From contig CM119265.1 of the NCBI GenBank assembly GCA_051294375.1, forward strand, positions 3,560,589 through 3,624,588: a DNA stretch of 64,000 bases, given 5' to 3'. The notes under the pieces were generated by a model that saw only the letters and a program-made list of their open reading frames with translations, had not been told where the DNA came from and did no database searches. The translations under genes and the position numbers were made by a program. Below, one piece after another: positions 18,701-31,131 of this stretch. Numbering within the stretch: the stretch's first letter is position 1; each line of letters opens with the position of its first letter. Source of the DNA: Paraspadella gotoi. Taxonomy: Eukaryota; Animalia; Chaetognatha.

Positions 18701-18828
18701 AAAAATTGCTAAAATGGGCAATAGCCAGACATCCAGACAACTTACCTATTAAAATCCTAAAAGCCATTACCTATAAATGAAAAGTTATTTACATGTACAG
18801 ACTTACGACATTCTAGGTTTCCGGTATG
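15742..18828. mobile_element. Non-autonomous foldback (palindromic) DNA element, Tc1/mariner-like termini
   Basis: Left end is TA|CAGTACCGAAACCTAGAATGTCGTAAGTC; right end is GACTTACGACATTCTAGGTTTCCGGTATG|TA. The ~1.5 kb arms are reverse-complementary all the way to a short centre near 17270-17315. No transposase ORF. Confidence 0.75.
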
Positions 18829-19159
18829 TATTATCGTTTCACCTCTTTTATTTAGAAAATTGTGAAAAACAAAAGTTGTACAATGTATGTACAAACTAAT
18901 TTAAAAAACAATTTATCATTCAAAGTGATTTTTATTTGAATTTACTCATGTGCCCGTTGTTAAAATGCATTAATAGTAACACAATTTTAATTTAAACCAT
19001 ATAAATGATTAGTAGTTGACAATTTTTTTATTCTTATTTTCACCGAGTTTTTTTAAAACATATTCACAGGTTAGTACGGCATCTACGAACTAGCTAAATT
19101 CTTTAACTCATAGTTTAATATGAAAATTTAAATTTTTTTCTAATTTTTTAACAATTAAA

Positions 19160-21370
19160 TCATCGAAGAGTTGTTTTGAGTTCTTTCAAAGCCGCCAGAG
19201 GGACGAACCACGAACTCTCTCTCAAGACTTGACCTTCAAAACTCCACACGTTCGACTGCAGCAATTCACACTTTGCTGCGGAGAAAGCGAACTCCATCCT
19301 CGCTTTGGAAATGGTCGCACTCGCCGCGACCTCGTCGTCGTGATAGAGAAAGGGGCTGCAGTCGACGAGCCGCTCGAGGACGACCGAGTCGGCGCGGAGG
19401 CGACACTCGATCGCGGATCGACCTTCGACGTCGTCGTCGACGCGAACTAAGAATCCGTCGTCGAAGCGGCGACCGCCAGATGGCCTCGGGATCGAGTCGA
19501 ACTCTCGCTGGATCCTCGTCAAGTCTCTCGTCAAAGACTCGAGGCAAAAGAAGTCGGCTTCTTGATGGAGGAGGTCGAACTGATCGAAGGATGAGGGAAG
19601 ATGAAGGCGCCCGTGACGAAGGAAGTTGAGAACGTGTCTGGCGGAGCATGGGAATTTCAAAATTAATTGATATAATATATTAACTTATATTTTTTTTAAT
19701 TTTAGATTGTTAGGTCAATTTATAATAAATACTAAGCTTAATAAATAGCCTGATTTTTACAGTTTATATTACAGGGATGTTACAGTTAGTTCTGTTTTCT
19801 GAAAATAGAGAAAGCAATGAGAAAATCTGTTGAATAAAAACTTCGGATAGTTTTCGCTCTGAGTTTCTTATCAAACATACATCGTTCTTTTTCGGAAGTT
19901 ATTTATTAATAAAGCAAAAGACTAACCAAACAGAAATAACTAATAATTTGTTTTAGGATCACGGTTAGGCATGCTTGGCTATTGTTAATGGAAAGACGGC
20001 TGTGTGAAATCGAATGGGTTAGATTTTTTTTTAAATTTTAATATTACGATATTAAAAACGTCCCCTACCTAAACATCTCTCCATCCCTGTCTAATGNNNN
20101 NNNNNNNNNNNNNNNNNNNNNNNNNNNNNNNNNNNNNNNNNNNNNNNNNNNNNNNNNNNNNNNNNNNNNNNNNNNNNNNNNNNNNNNNNNNNNNNNNNNN
20201 NNNNNNNNNNNNNNNNNNNNNNNNNNNNNNNNNNNNNNNNNNNNNNNNNNNNNNNNNNNNNNNNNNNNNNNNNNNNNNNNNNNNNNNNNNNNNNNGCCGA
20301 GCGACATTAAACGCACAACAGGACATCGTTACTGCCGAATCCTGAGGATTGTTGAATTGCTTCCCCACTATGGGGGCCACGTCAAAATTAGGCCATCTCT
20401 CAGCAGGTGCGCGCCTGTTCTTATAAAGACCGCCCCGCGTCTTCATCTGCTTGGGCAGAGCGTCGGGAAATGGTCTGCAGAAGACTTCCATAGACATATG
20501 CCTCGCATCGACCGTCTATTGGGTCCCCAGCCATGCAAACTACTATAGACAGGCGTGCGTCATGCAGACTCAACGGATCGTGTTTTAACGTATTAGGGGA
20601 TGATACATTAGACGGCAGCCCCCGGGCGAAATCTCATCGTGAGACCGTATCGCTGTATAATGGTTCTCCTGCCAATTCGCTCATTCTCCAGGTTCCCCTG
20701 ATCATCAACGCAATAGCCCTACGGCGAACCATCCACTGGAATGCAAGCATCGTATTGGATGAGAAGGAGACATTCCGAACGGCATCAAGGATGGAGACGG
20801 CGATGAATCTGCCGCCCTGATGAACCTGATTAAGCCTTTTTAGCGAACTGAAGCCGAATCCTCCCTGCCTCATATCTCCTTTCCTCTTCCCATACGCCTT
20901 GTCTATACATGACCGCGCCCCGTCTCATCCGTTGGCCGTACGGATATGTCTCCTCCTCCAAACATCTCTATTCCATCCCTGTCTTCTAATGTTGGCCCAC
21001 CTAAACATCTCTCCATCCCTGTTTAATGTCCCCACTTAAACATCTCTCCATCCCTGTCTAATGTCTCCACCTAAACATCTCTCCATCCCTGTCTAATGTC
21101 CCCACCTAAACATCTCTCCATCCCTGTCTAATGTTCCCACCTAAACATCTCTCCATCCCTGTCTATAAAGACCGCCCCCGTCTCATCCTTGGCCGTCGGA
21201 ATGTCTCCTCCAAACATCCGCCCCAACATCGAATCCGGGAATCGCATCAGCGTCGAAAGAGACGTCGCGAAGATGGCGCCACCCACGTTCAGACGAATCG
21301 GGCGCCCGGCGTCGATGGCGCCATTAAAGGTGGCTCTTCTAGTTTCGTCGTTTGAGGAAACGTCGTTCAT
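19160..21370 (-). CDS. KCTD-family BTB/POZ (T1) domain protein, copy 1 (2 exons, ~235 aa)
   Basis: Exons 21370-21141 and 19637-19160 joined by a phase-2 GT-AG intron. The product contains IRLNVGG..F.TSLSTL.RFPDSMLGRMF...FIDRDGEMFR/HVLNFLRHG.L.LP..F....LL..EADFFCL, the KCTD BTB signature. Confidence 0.9.
20955..21164. repeat. 35-bp tandem repeat spanning the KCTD exon 1 splice donor
   Basis: Unit on - strand is TAGACAGGGATGGAGAGATGTTTAG|GTGGGGACAT. There are about 5-6 copies, plus one more at ~20062-20096 next to an N gap. Confidence 0.9.
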
Positions 21371-21601
21371 TTCGACTTTTTTATTTTTAATTGATCATTT
21401 TTTTTTGTGCACAGATTTTAAAATCAGATTGATCGCAACCGCAGTAAGTAATGTTTATCATTACTGGTAGCTTTATTTTAGCATGTAATTTTGGTAAAAT
21501 ATAGTTTTATTTTAATACTTGGTTGATAGATTTACGATAGATTTTTCGTAATTACATTTATCGAAATTAAATCACGAAAAATTTCTTATCGCGAGAGAGA
21601 T

Positions 21602-21657
<56 letters not shown>

Positions 21658-21887
21658 AATTTTGAGAAAAAGTAGGTCAAACTTTAACGCGGTTATCACA
21701 CAGTTTAAAATCAGAACAAATATAAAAGGAGCTGATTGTTAATTTCCAGTCAAGTTCTAACAGCTTTAATGCTAAATCGTGAAAAACAAGTTTGTGCAGT
21801 TAACTCGGATCTGGGCGCGATAATTTAGCAGATCAGCTCGTCAGTTATAAATCGTGTCCCGGTAAATTATTCTTTTGCTATTTTCAT

Positions 21888-21926
<39 letters not shown>

Positions 21927-22372
21927 CTCTTTTTTCTTTTTCTTTTTATTTCTTTTTTTTACTTAATTTTTTTTGTAACTATCTATATTTTATGATTATT
22001 TTGATTAGTTTTGATTGTGTAAATCCTTTCTTTCGTTGTATTTTGATTTAAAGAGAGATTGAATTTAGAATTTGAACAACGATTGTGTGGTGGAAGTTGT
22101 AGTAATCATGGTGGTTGTGGTCATTATGGTGGTTGTAGTTGTAGTGGTTGTTGTCGATATAATGGTTACTGTTTAAATGCTTGTTGTCGTCGTTTGAGAG
22201 ATGGATGATTTTTTTGATTTTTTTATTATTCAATGTTCAATATTCAATGCCCAACTGAATAGGGTCTGCTTTAACAACAATTTTAAATTTCAAATTCTTT
22301 ATTCCGCAAATATATATATGAATTAAACACTGATCATTATTATTTTTCATACATACATATTTTTCTGTTTTC

Positions 22373-24356
22373 TCAAGCCAAAACTCTACTGAATTTCTCA
22401 AAGGCCTCGTCGGGGACGAACCAACAACTTTCCCGGCAGTTTCTGGTCGGCCGCGTCGACCAGACGCAACACTGCAGCAGGATGCAGCCGGCGTCGGCGA
22501 ACGCCTTCTCCACAAGAGCGAACCCGACCTGCATTACGACCCAATCAGAACCAACGTCATTGTTGCTGACGCATCTGGAGAAATTCTGCACAAATCTCGG
22601 TGACCCGCGGATAATGCATTCGGACCCAAGGCTGAAAAAGAGGAAAAAGACAGAGAATGAGCGTGTGGCCTAAATTTAGCATTTATAAACCTGATCTATA
22701 TATAGATAGATATATCAATCTATCTATTTATACCTCCTGGATTGCCAAATAAGTTTATTTCTTAAGAATTCTAGGCCATAACACTAACAGTGTACGTATG
22801 CCTCATCATTTACTTAAACCATTTTACTCTAATCATCTTTATGTAAAAAAACTTCCACTTCATTTTAGTCTATTGTGGCAGCACGACTTAAAGCTGCCTC
22901 AATGGCTGAGCGGCCTAAATCAACACGTTTCATCCGTCTGTCCCGGGTTCAATCCCTGGGTATCCCAGGTCTGGCTTAAATGTGACGGAGTCGGTCTAAA
23001 CATGCCACTGAAATGCGGCATTCACCGAGGTTACGCAGCCCCTATGCCAATTGGAAAGATATCCCGCGCCCCGGGTATCACAGGCAATCCTCCCGTTGCC
23101 ATACTATATTCAAACCTGTATATCATTTCAGGACTATACTCGTCATCAGCGATTCGGACAAAATGGCCGCCATCGAATCGTCTTCCAACAAAAGAGTTCT
23201 TCTCCGCCCCAAATGCCAGCGCCTGTTTTCGCGTCTCCGCCACCGCCGCCGCCTCCTTCAAGGCGTCGAGGCAGAAGAAGTCGGCTTCGCGTTGGAGGCG
23301 AAGGAAGTCGTCGAAGGAGTCAGGGAGGAGGAGGTCCCCGTCGCGGAGGAAGTTGAGGACGTGTCTGGGGGGGGGAGGAAGATTAAAGATGGTGGAATTC
23401 ATCAAAGGAAACGGGGAGGGCCAGTTCATGAAGTTGATGGCGTTATGACATATTTTTTCAGCACCCTTTAACAGATATTTCATGGCATCACTTAATGGGA
23501 TCATCACACTTTCTAGGCAATTTCTATTTGATATTAAAAACACTCAGGAACTTTGTTCCTGATTGATGAATTCACCAAGCTATCCGGTCATGACTCGAGG
23601 ATAAAACTCTTGAAGTGAACCTGGAGAATATCTTGAAAAAATTACAGGAAGTCAAATATAATAAAATGTCAATTGTATTTTTCAAAAATTAATTTTATTA
23701 AATGTGTGACAAAAATTCAAATGATAAAAAGTAAAAACAGTTGTGATAAGAGAGAGAGGTAAGGAAGCAATCCAGAGATGAACTTGGCACAAACCACTTA
23801 CTTATGTTGTTAAGGACAAAGCTGTGCACAAAGCGACAGTCTGTTGCATACAAAATCTCCTGGTTTTTGTGTTTTCTTATCCATGTTCAAGATGTTGGAT
23901 CCTTTTGACTTTAACTTTTTACCCTTTCATTTCAGTGACGAATGTCTTCAATGAGGTAATTTTATAAAACCGTTGATCATAAAATTGTTGAGGTTTCCAG
24001 GCATGGCCCCGACGCTGCTTCAGAAGCCATACGCGTGCCTTGGCCACAATCTTTCCTTGAGAGAATCCATCCTGTCTAATGTTCCACCTAAAACATTCTC
24101 TCATCCCTTGTCTAATGTCCCCACCCTAAAACATTCTCTCCATCCCTGTCTATAAAGGACGCCCCCGTCTCATTCCTTGCCGTCGGAATGTCTCTCCAAA
24201 ACATTCCGCCCCAACATCGAATCCGGGAATCGCATCAGTGCGTCGACAGAGACGTCGCGAGATGGCGGCCACCCACGTTCAGACGAATCGGCGCCCGGCC
24301 GTTGTTGGCACCGACTGTAGCGGCGGCCGCTAGGAATTAGCGGCCGGATTTTCCAT
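22373..24356 (-). CDS. KCTD-family BTB protein, copy 2 (3 exons; exon 1 has indels, likely sequencing errors)
   Basis: Exons ~24356-24125, 23364-23116 and 22631-22373; the last two introns are phase 2. Reads HVLNFLRDGDLLLPDSFDDFLRLQREADFFCL, and its C-terminus RESCWFVP matches RESSWFVP of copy 1. Confidence 0.8.
22893..23108 (+). mobile_element. tRNA-derived SINE, family A, copy 1
   Basis: A box TGGCTGAGCGG (22903) and B box GTTCAATCC (22947). Body and 3' tail (ATCACAGGCAATCCTCCCGTTGCCATA) are homologous to copies at 50.6-50.8 kb and 53.2-53.35 kb. Confidence 0.75.
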
Positions 24357-25367
24357 TAGTTGGGTTTTTTTTAATTTTTTTTTTTTTTTTAATATTGTGT
24401 CTTTTATCGAAAGGCCTGCTTGCTTACTTTCAACTTTAATTCCAATTAATGAACTTTTAAAAATCGTCTACAAAACAGCAGAAAAATTAGAGCAGAGTCA
24501 CGAAAAAAAAACCGGTTTGTTTGCAGAGATAATGACGATACAAATAAAAAAAAACCTCCTGGTTGCTAAGATTCAGTGCAAACTGAATGACAGTTGAATA
24601 ACGATTGTTCAGGACAGGCTGTTTAATAGGTGTTTATAGGATGTACTGCTGATGAGTGATTGTTAGTTTTAAATACTATATTCGTATCTATTACAAATTA
24701 ATTATAATACATTAATTTATACATTTTGTATTCTTACATTTCGACATAGTTGTGAAATTGTCCCAATTCGAAATCGTCGTCGTCTTCGTCGTCGTCGTTG
24801 TCGTCGTTTTATTAAAACGAATCTACCATCGCGTCGTCGTCGTCGTCGTCATTATCTTCGTCTTCTTCGTCGTCGTCATCGCTATTAATAACTTCCTTCT
24901 TGACGTCACCCACGATTCGCATTCACCGCAGCCGCAGCCGCAGCCGCCGCCGCCTGCGATGCCGCTGCCGTTGTCTTCATCATCACCCTCGAAGGCTAAT
25001 AATCAGGTGTAACTTGGTCGTCGTCGTCGTCGTCGTCGTCATCATCGTCATCGTGTTTATGTCTCGTCTCGATGATTTGAGAGATTCCGCGCGAGATTAA
25101 CTCTTGTTCTCACCCGAATCGTCGAGAGAGTTACGTCTCTGGAGGTGAGTTATGACCGCGAGACGGGGTGAGTAATCACCGCCATACTGTATATTATAGT
25201 GGATGGACTGCATTGTGCAAGGGAAGATCTAGAGAAATATATTAATTTTAAATGTTAAAGATCGATAACTCGTGAATGACGAATGAGAATGACATGAGGT
25301 CGTCAAAAAATGGTGGGGGAGCCGTTGGGGGGGAGCCGGAAAAGGGGCAGGAGGCGAAAAAATAGGT

Positions 25368-25805
25368 GGAGGAGATGGAAATGAAGGAGGAGGAGATGGA
25401 AGTAGAATAGGAGGAGATGGAAATGGAGTAGGAGGAGATGAAAATGGAGAAAGTAGAGATGGAAATGGAGTAGGAGGAGATAGAAATGGAGTAGGAGGAG
25501 ATGGAAATGAGATAGGGGGGACCAGATATGGAGTAGGAGGAGATGGAAATGGAGAAAGAAGAGATGGAGCTAAAGTAAGAGGAGATGGAAATGTAGTGGC
25601 AGGCAGATGGAATAAAAGTAGAGGAGATGAAAAATGGAGTAGGAGCTAGAAATGGAGTAGGAGGAGATGGAAATGGAGTAAGAAGAGATGGAAATGGAGT
25701 GGGAGGAGATGGAAATAGAGTAGTAGGAGATGGAAATAGAGTAAGAAGAGATGGAGGTTGAGTAAGAGGAGATAGAAATGGAGTAGGAGTAGATGGAAAA
25801 AGAGG
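25368..25805. repeat. Degenerate 21-bp minisatellite (GGAGATGGAAATGGAGTAGGA)
   Basis: About 20 imperfect copies. Confidence 0.9.
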
Positions 25806-26541
25806 CATATGAACTGGAATGGAAAGCAGAGAAGCAGAGGAAATATATGCGTTTTATTTTGAATTCAATGTGGTTGGTTCAGTACAAACAATAACATCAA
25901 ACAAGACGAGATCTAATGTTAAAACAGGAATATTAATTAAAGAGTAGAGAAAGGTATTATTACTTTATGGAGTGTTTTTCGACAAATAGATCTTTGTAAT
26001 CAAGTTTTATCTACATTTGTTGAGTAAATATTTCCTGGCAACCAAATAAACTATAGTTAAATCACGAATACTCCCCCATCTATCAAACACAATTATCTTT
26101 CGTACGCCATCGTATTTAGCTATATTGAGATAGTTTAAGCTAAAAATGTCTTAACATCACAAACATAGAGCAAAATAGAAAAACGGTTCCATTAGGAAAA
26201 CAATTAGAGAAAAACAATTTTTTGAGTATTGTAGGGGGGGGGGAACTGGAAAAGTGGAAATCAGGGATATAATGGAAGAACGAGTTGGAAGAAAAAATCG
26301 GTAAAAAGGAGACGGACTTGTCGAGAGACGGACATACGTAGAGACTAGAGTATAGATATGGACTTAAAACAAAAACAAAATGGCAAAGATGAAAATTATG
26401 GACGACGAGATTAATATCAATTTTATGCTTATTGAAAGTTTTGAAACATCAGTTGACAACATCTAAAAACGTTTAAACGACTTTGATGCAGGTGCCAAGG
26501 ACGAAGATAGAGATAGAGACGCCTTTGATGCAGGTATTAAA

Positions 26542-26583
<42 letters not shown>

Positions 26584-27090
26584 TCTTCCTCCTCGAAATC
26601 GCTGCCGTTAAGACGCCCTCCACTCCTCGTTAATCTCGTTTCCTCCACCAACGAATTTCTTTCTTTCGATGCTCTTTTGTCTTTTTTTCTGCTTTTCATC
26701 TGCTTCTCTTTTTTCCCGCTTGAGGTCTTTTCCAATCTTCCGTTTTTATTTCCCCGTTTTAAAGATTTATTTTCGATGTTCCTTTGTTTAGATCCAGTAT
26801 TTGGTTTGTTTTTTTAAGCCTCGTAATAACTTTTGTGTTTTGTTTTCGTAAGAGTACATACATGTAACCGCTCTAAATCATTTTTTATTTTATTTTTTTT
26901 TTTTGGTGACATCTTTGAATACTAATATTGTTTTCTTAGATTTATCTTTGAAGTTCTTTTGTTTTTTTTTCTTCCGTCTTAATCCCTTTCTCCGCGCATG
27001 AGGCCCTTCCGTGTCGCCCTTTTTTTTTATAGTCTCGAATTTCCGCTCCATTCCCTTTTGTTGACAGAAAAGGAATCCAATCTTCTTTTC

Positions 27091-27130
<40 letters not shown>

Positions 27131-27641
27131 CGACTCCGATATTTCAGCGAGATGGCAGCACCTGTGGCATTGGTGTCGTCGTCGGCGCTGTTGTCGTCGT
27201 CAGCGTCTTTTTCGGGAAACACTGATTTGATTCTAAGCCAAAAATATAACCACAACAAATAAAGAAAAAAGAGGAAAAAATTACGGCGGTAAGAATCCTA
27301 AATGTTTTTTTGTTAGTGGCGATGTATCTATCTGTATGTATGTATCTCGATGTAAATTGTTATAAAGGCTGGACCTGAGCGGGAAAATTGCCCGAGCAAA
27401 CTGCAAAATCGGTCTGGTGAAACTTGAAAGTTGAAAGGATTGGCTCGCCGACGAATTCACAGAATCTCAGTGAACCGCAAAGAAAACTAGTGAAGGGCGG
27501 AGTGAAACTCAAGTTTAAGACTTGACACTTTCGAGTCTGAATTTCGATCCGGTGAGAGCGACGACGACGACGANNNNNNNNNNGACGACGACGACGACTT
27601 TCCCTGGCGGTAGCGCCGACTCATTTGCACAACAATTGGAA

Positions 27642-27681
<40 letters not shown>

Positions 27682-27957
27682 TGGAGATTCGGTTCAAAGA
27701 TTTTTATCGAATCTTGAAGAGACGAAGACGAGTAGAAAAACGACGCTGACAGCGAAATTTGATGACAACGACGATGACAAAGAAGACAACGAAGACTAGA
27801 ATTTTGTCTTCATTATTGTAATTTCTCAGAAATGATAATTATGAATAAGAGATTGGAGTAAAATAGAGACGAAGGAAAAGGAAGGAGAAGAAGAGAAATA
27901 GGGTTGATGAGAAAAAAAATCGAAATTACGAAAATTGAGAGAAGAGACGAGAGAGAG

Positions 27958-27996
<39 letters not shown>

Positions 27997-29080
27997 GAGA
28001 GAGATGAGGAGAGAGAGACAGAGAGATGAGAGAAGGTGAAAGGAAGAAAGAATAAAAGAAGGAAGAAAAAAAGGAGAGAGAAGTTGAGGTGAGACGCCGA
28101 ATTTTAACTACTTTATCCTTCTTTTCCTCTCCCACATCCTTTCCCTCTCCCTCTCCCTCTTCCTCCTTCCTCTCCCTCCACCTCTTCCTCCCTCCTCTCC
28201 CTCTTCATTTCTCTCCTCTTCCTCCCTCTTAATCCTCTAATCGAGATTCGATCAAAGGCGATTTTTCCCTTTTGTTCTCTCATCAAATCAGCGACCGGGT
28301 TTATTCGTCGTCGTCCTCGTCGTCGTCATCGTAGTCGTCGTCATCGTCGTCGTCTCTCTGAGCTTTCTTGTCATCGTCTTCATCGTCGTCGTCTTCATCG
28401 TCGTCGTCATCGACATTTTGACCTCAAGATTTTCAGGCTTCCATTCACAAATCGGCGCCGAATGAAAGACGGGGACACGCCCATCGGTGGCGTCTGTGGC
28501 GACGCCCATCGGCGGCGTCAATGACGACGTTGGTTGCGCCCTCTCTTCCTAGAAAAAGACGTCGCAATTCCGGCGCAATCGTATTTTTTTTTAAACATTT
28601 ATAATTTTGAGTTTAAGATTATTTGATCTTAACATTTTTCTAATTGCTATATCTTCATCCTCTGTTTCTCTCTTACTTTTTCGTTTATCTCACGAGGCTC
28701 TCCAAGGTTTCCTCTCATCTGTTTACTCATCTCTCTCCCATCTGTTCCCCCATCTGTTCCCTCCCCATCTTTTCCTCCTTTCCATCCGTTTTCAAACCTT
28801 CACGCTTCCACGATTTCCCACCGCCCCTTTTTTTTCCCTTTTTTTCCTCCGTCCTCTCCCAGTTTGCGACTCAATCTCTCTCTCCACTCAAACCACAAAC
28901 CACCACATCTACCCACAAAATCCATCCCCCCCTCTTCCACAAAACCCAGACTCTAAATCTTCCCACCTCGAACACCCCTCCTTCGCTCGGTCCCCGGCCT
29001 CTCGCGGACGCCACGCCTACTTTGAAAAAAAAAGATTCAAGAAGAAGAAGAAGAGAAAACCGCCGCCAAAGATTTGAATT

Positions 29081-29142
<62 letters not shown>

Positions 29143-29605
29143 CCCCCGGGGAACAATGTGGTCGAGGATTCCAGGAGATGGTGACTGCGTGATGACGGGA
29201 CGACGATGATGACGACGACAACAAAGACAAATAGATGTACAAAGAGAAGCTAAGAAAAGTAAAATGGGAGAAAGAAGGAGGAGGAGGAGGAGGAGGAAGA
29301 GGAGGAGAAATAAGAAGAAGAAGGAATAAAGACAAAAGAAATTGGCGGGAAATCTTCTTAAGAAAATCTGGGAGGAGAAAGAGAAAGAAAGAAAGTTAGA
29401 AATAAAAAGAAGATTAAAGAAAAAATAGGAAATAGAATAAGTAAAAAATAAAATTGACGTGGAGTTGTGGTTTAAATATTTTTAAATAATTGCGTATATG
29501 TTAAAGTACATTTGTTATTGTTATTTTTTTTACAATCTCAAGCAAAGATAACATTTAATTTAAAAACTTATATCTTTCATTTTCCTCTTTTCAATCCACT
29601 ACTTT

Positions 29606-29706
29606 CTTGTTCTTTCTTGTTCTTTCTTGTTCTTTCTTGTTCTTTCTTCTTCTTTATTGTTCTTTCTTGTTCTTTCTTGTTCTTTTTTGTTCTTTCTTGT
29701 TCTTTC
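29606..29706. repeat. (TTCTTTCTTG)n tandem repeat
   Basis: About 10 copies of a 10-mer. Confidence 0.85.
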
Positions 29707-30077
29707 CTTTCTTTTCCCCTCTACCAACTACTTCTCTTTTCTTTTCTTTCTTTTCTCCTCTCTTCTTCCCCCCTTCCCCCGCCGCTCGTATTCCTAAGAA
29801 GCTTCGACGATTTTTATTATTCAAATTATTTCCACGCAAATTGTCAAGGATTCAAGATTCGCCCAAGTGTTTCTGGGGGACATCAGCGAGGACAACGACG
29901 ACGATGAGGACGACGACGATGGCGACGACGACGAAGACGACGACGACCATCACTTCCAGGCAGATGACGCTGTTGTTGAAGGCGACATTGACGTCCTCGA
30001 TGAAGGATAATTTGTCACTGATGGAAAACAGACGATTTCTAAGAAATCGTTAAACTATTCGCCAGGATTTTTTGCGA

Positions 30078-30835
30078 TGAATGACGACGACGACGACGAT
30101 GAAGACGATGAAGAAGATGACGATGAAGACGACAATAATGACGAAGACGATGACGACGAAGACGATGATAACGAGTTTGACGACGACGTAAACGACAAAG
30201 ACGACAAAGACGACGAAAACGACGATAATGATAATGACGAAGACGACGATAATGACGGAGACGATGACGACGATGAAAACGACAACGATGAAGATAATAA
30301 CGACGACAAGGATGACGCCGACGACGATGACGAAGACGACGACAACGATGACAACGACAACGACGATAAGTTTCGGTTCCTCCAGCGAATTCGTCCCTCG
30401 ATTCTCCATTATTTTTCGCCGCCATAATTTTTTTGGCGAGAATCAAAAGGATTTACATAATAATTGCTTCGCAGGGGGGAGAGGAGGAGAGGAGAAAAGG
30501 AGGAGACGAAGGGAGAAAAAGGAGGGAGGAAGAAAGGAGGAGACGAGGAGAAAAGAAGGGAGGAAGGAAGGAGGAGACGAAGGGGAAAGAAGAAGGGAGG
30601 GAGAAAAGGAGGAGACGGAGGGAGAAAGGAGGAAGGGAGGAGGAAGAAAAGGAGGAGACGGAGGAGAAAAGGAGGAAGGGAGGGAAGAAGGAAAGGAGGA
30701 GACGGAGGGAGAAAAAGAGGAGCGAGGGAGGAAGAAAAGGAGGAGACGGAGGGAGAAAGGGAGGGAGGAAGGGAAGAAGGAAAAGAGAAGACGGAGGAGA
30801 AAAGGAGGAGGAGGAAGAAAGAAAAGGAAGGAAAG
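30078..30835. repeat. Degenerate (GAC/GAT/AAC)n tract followed by a purine-rich GGAGACGGAGGGAGAAA repeat
   Basis: Trinucleotide tract at 30078-30368; purine repeat at 30475-30835. Confidence 0.85.
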
Positions 30836-31044
30836 GCAATAGTTTTCTTCTTGTTTTAATAATTTAGTAAATTCTTAAAAACAAATTTAACGTTTACCCA
30901 ATTGAAAACCAAACATTGAATATTGGGTATTATTTTTGTTTAGAAAATTTAAACAAAAAACGAGCGATAAATATTTGAAAGAACGAAAGTCATTACTGCT
31001 AATAAGTTAAAGATCTCGCTCTTAATTTAAAGGTAATGGTATTC

Positions 31045-31089
<45 letters not shown>

Positions 31090-31092
31090 TCT

Positions 31093-31131
<39 letters not shown>

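Noticed and set aside
20296-20955. Foreign GC-balanced insertion in the KCTD intron
   Set aside because: It contains garbled copies of KCTD exon 1 (ATAAAGACCGCCCC..., CGTCTCATCC..GGCCGT) next to a gap; most likely a low-quality read used as gap fill.
24125-24356. Calling KCTD copy 2 a pseudogene
   Set aside because: Frameshifts are confined to an indel-noisy segment while exons 2-3 and their splice sites are intact. Sequencing error is more likely, though not proven.
25248-25808. Pro/Ser-rich repeat protein ORF
   Set aside because: It is a translation of the 21-bp minisatellite; the repeat register shifts between frames.
30039-30867. Poly-Asp and Glu/Arg/Gly-rich ORFs (acidic biomineral-like protein?)
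   Set aside because: Open in several frames on both strands, no signal peptide or exon context; explained by degenerate microsatellites.
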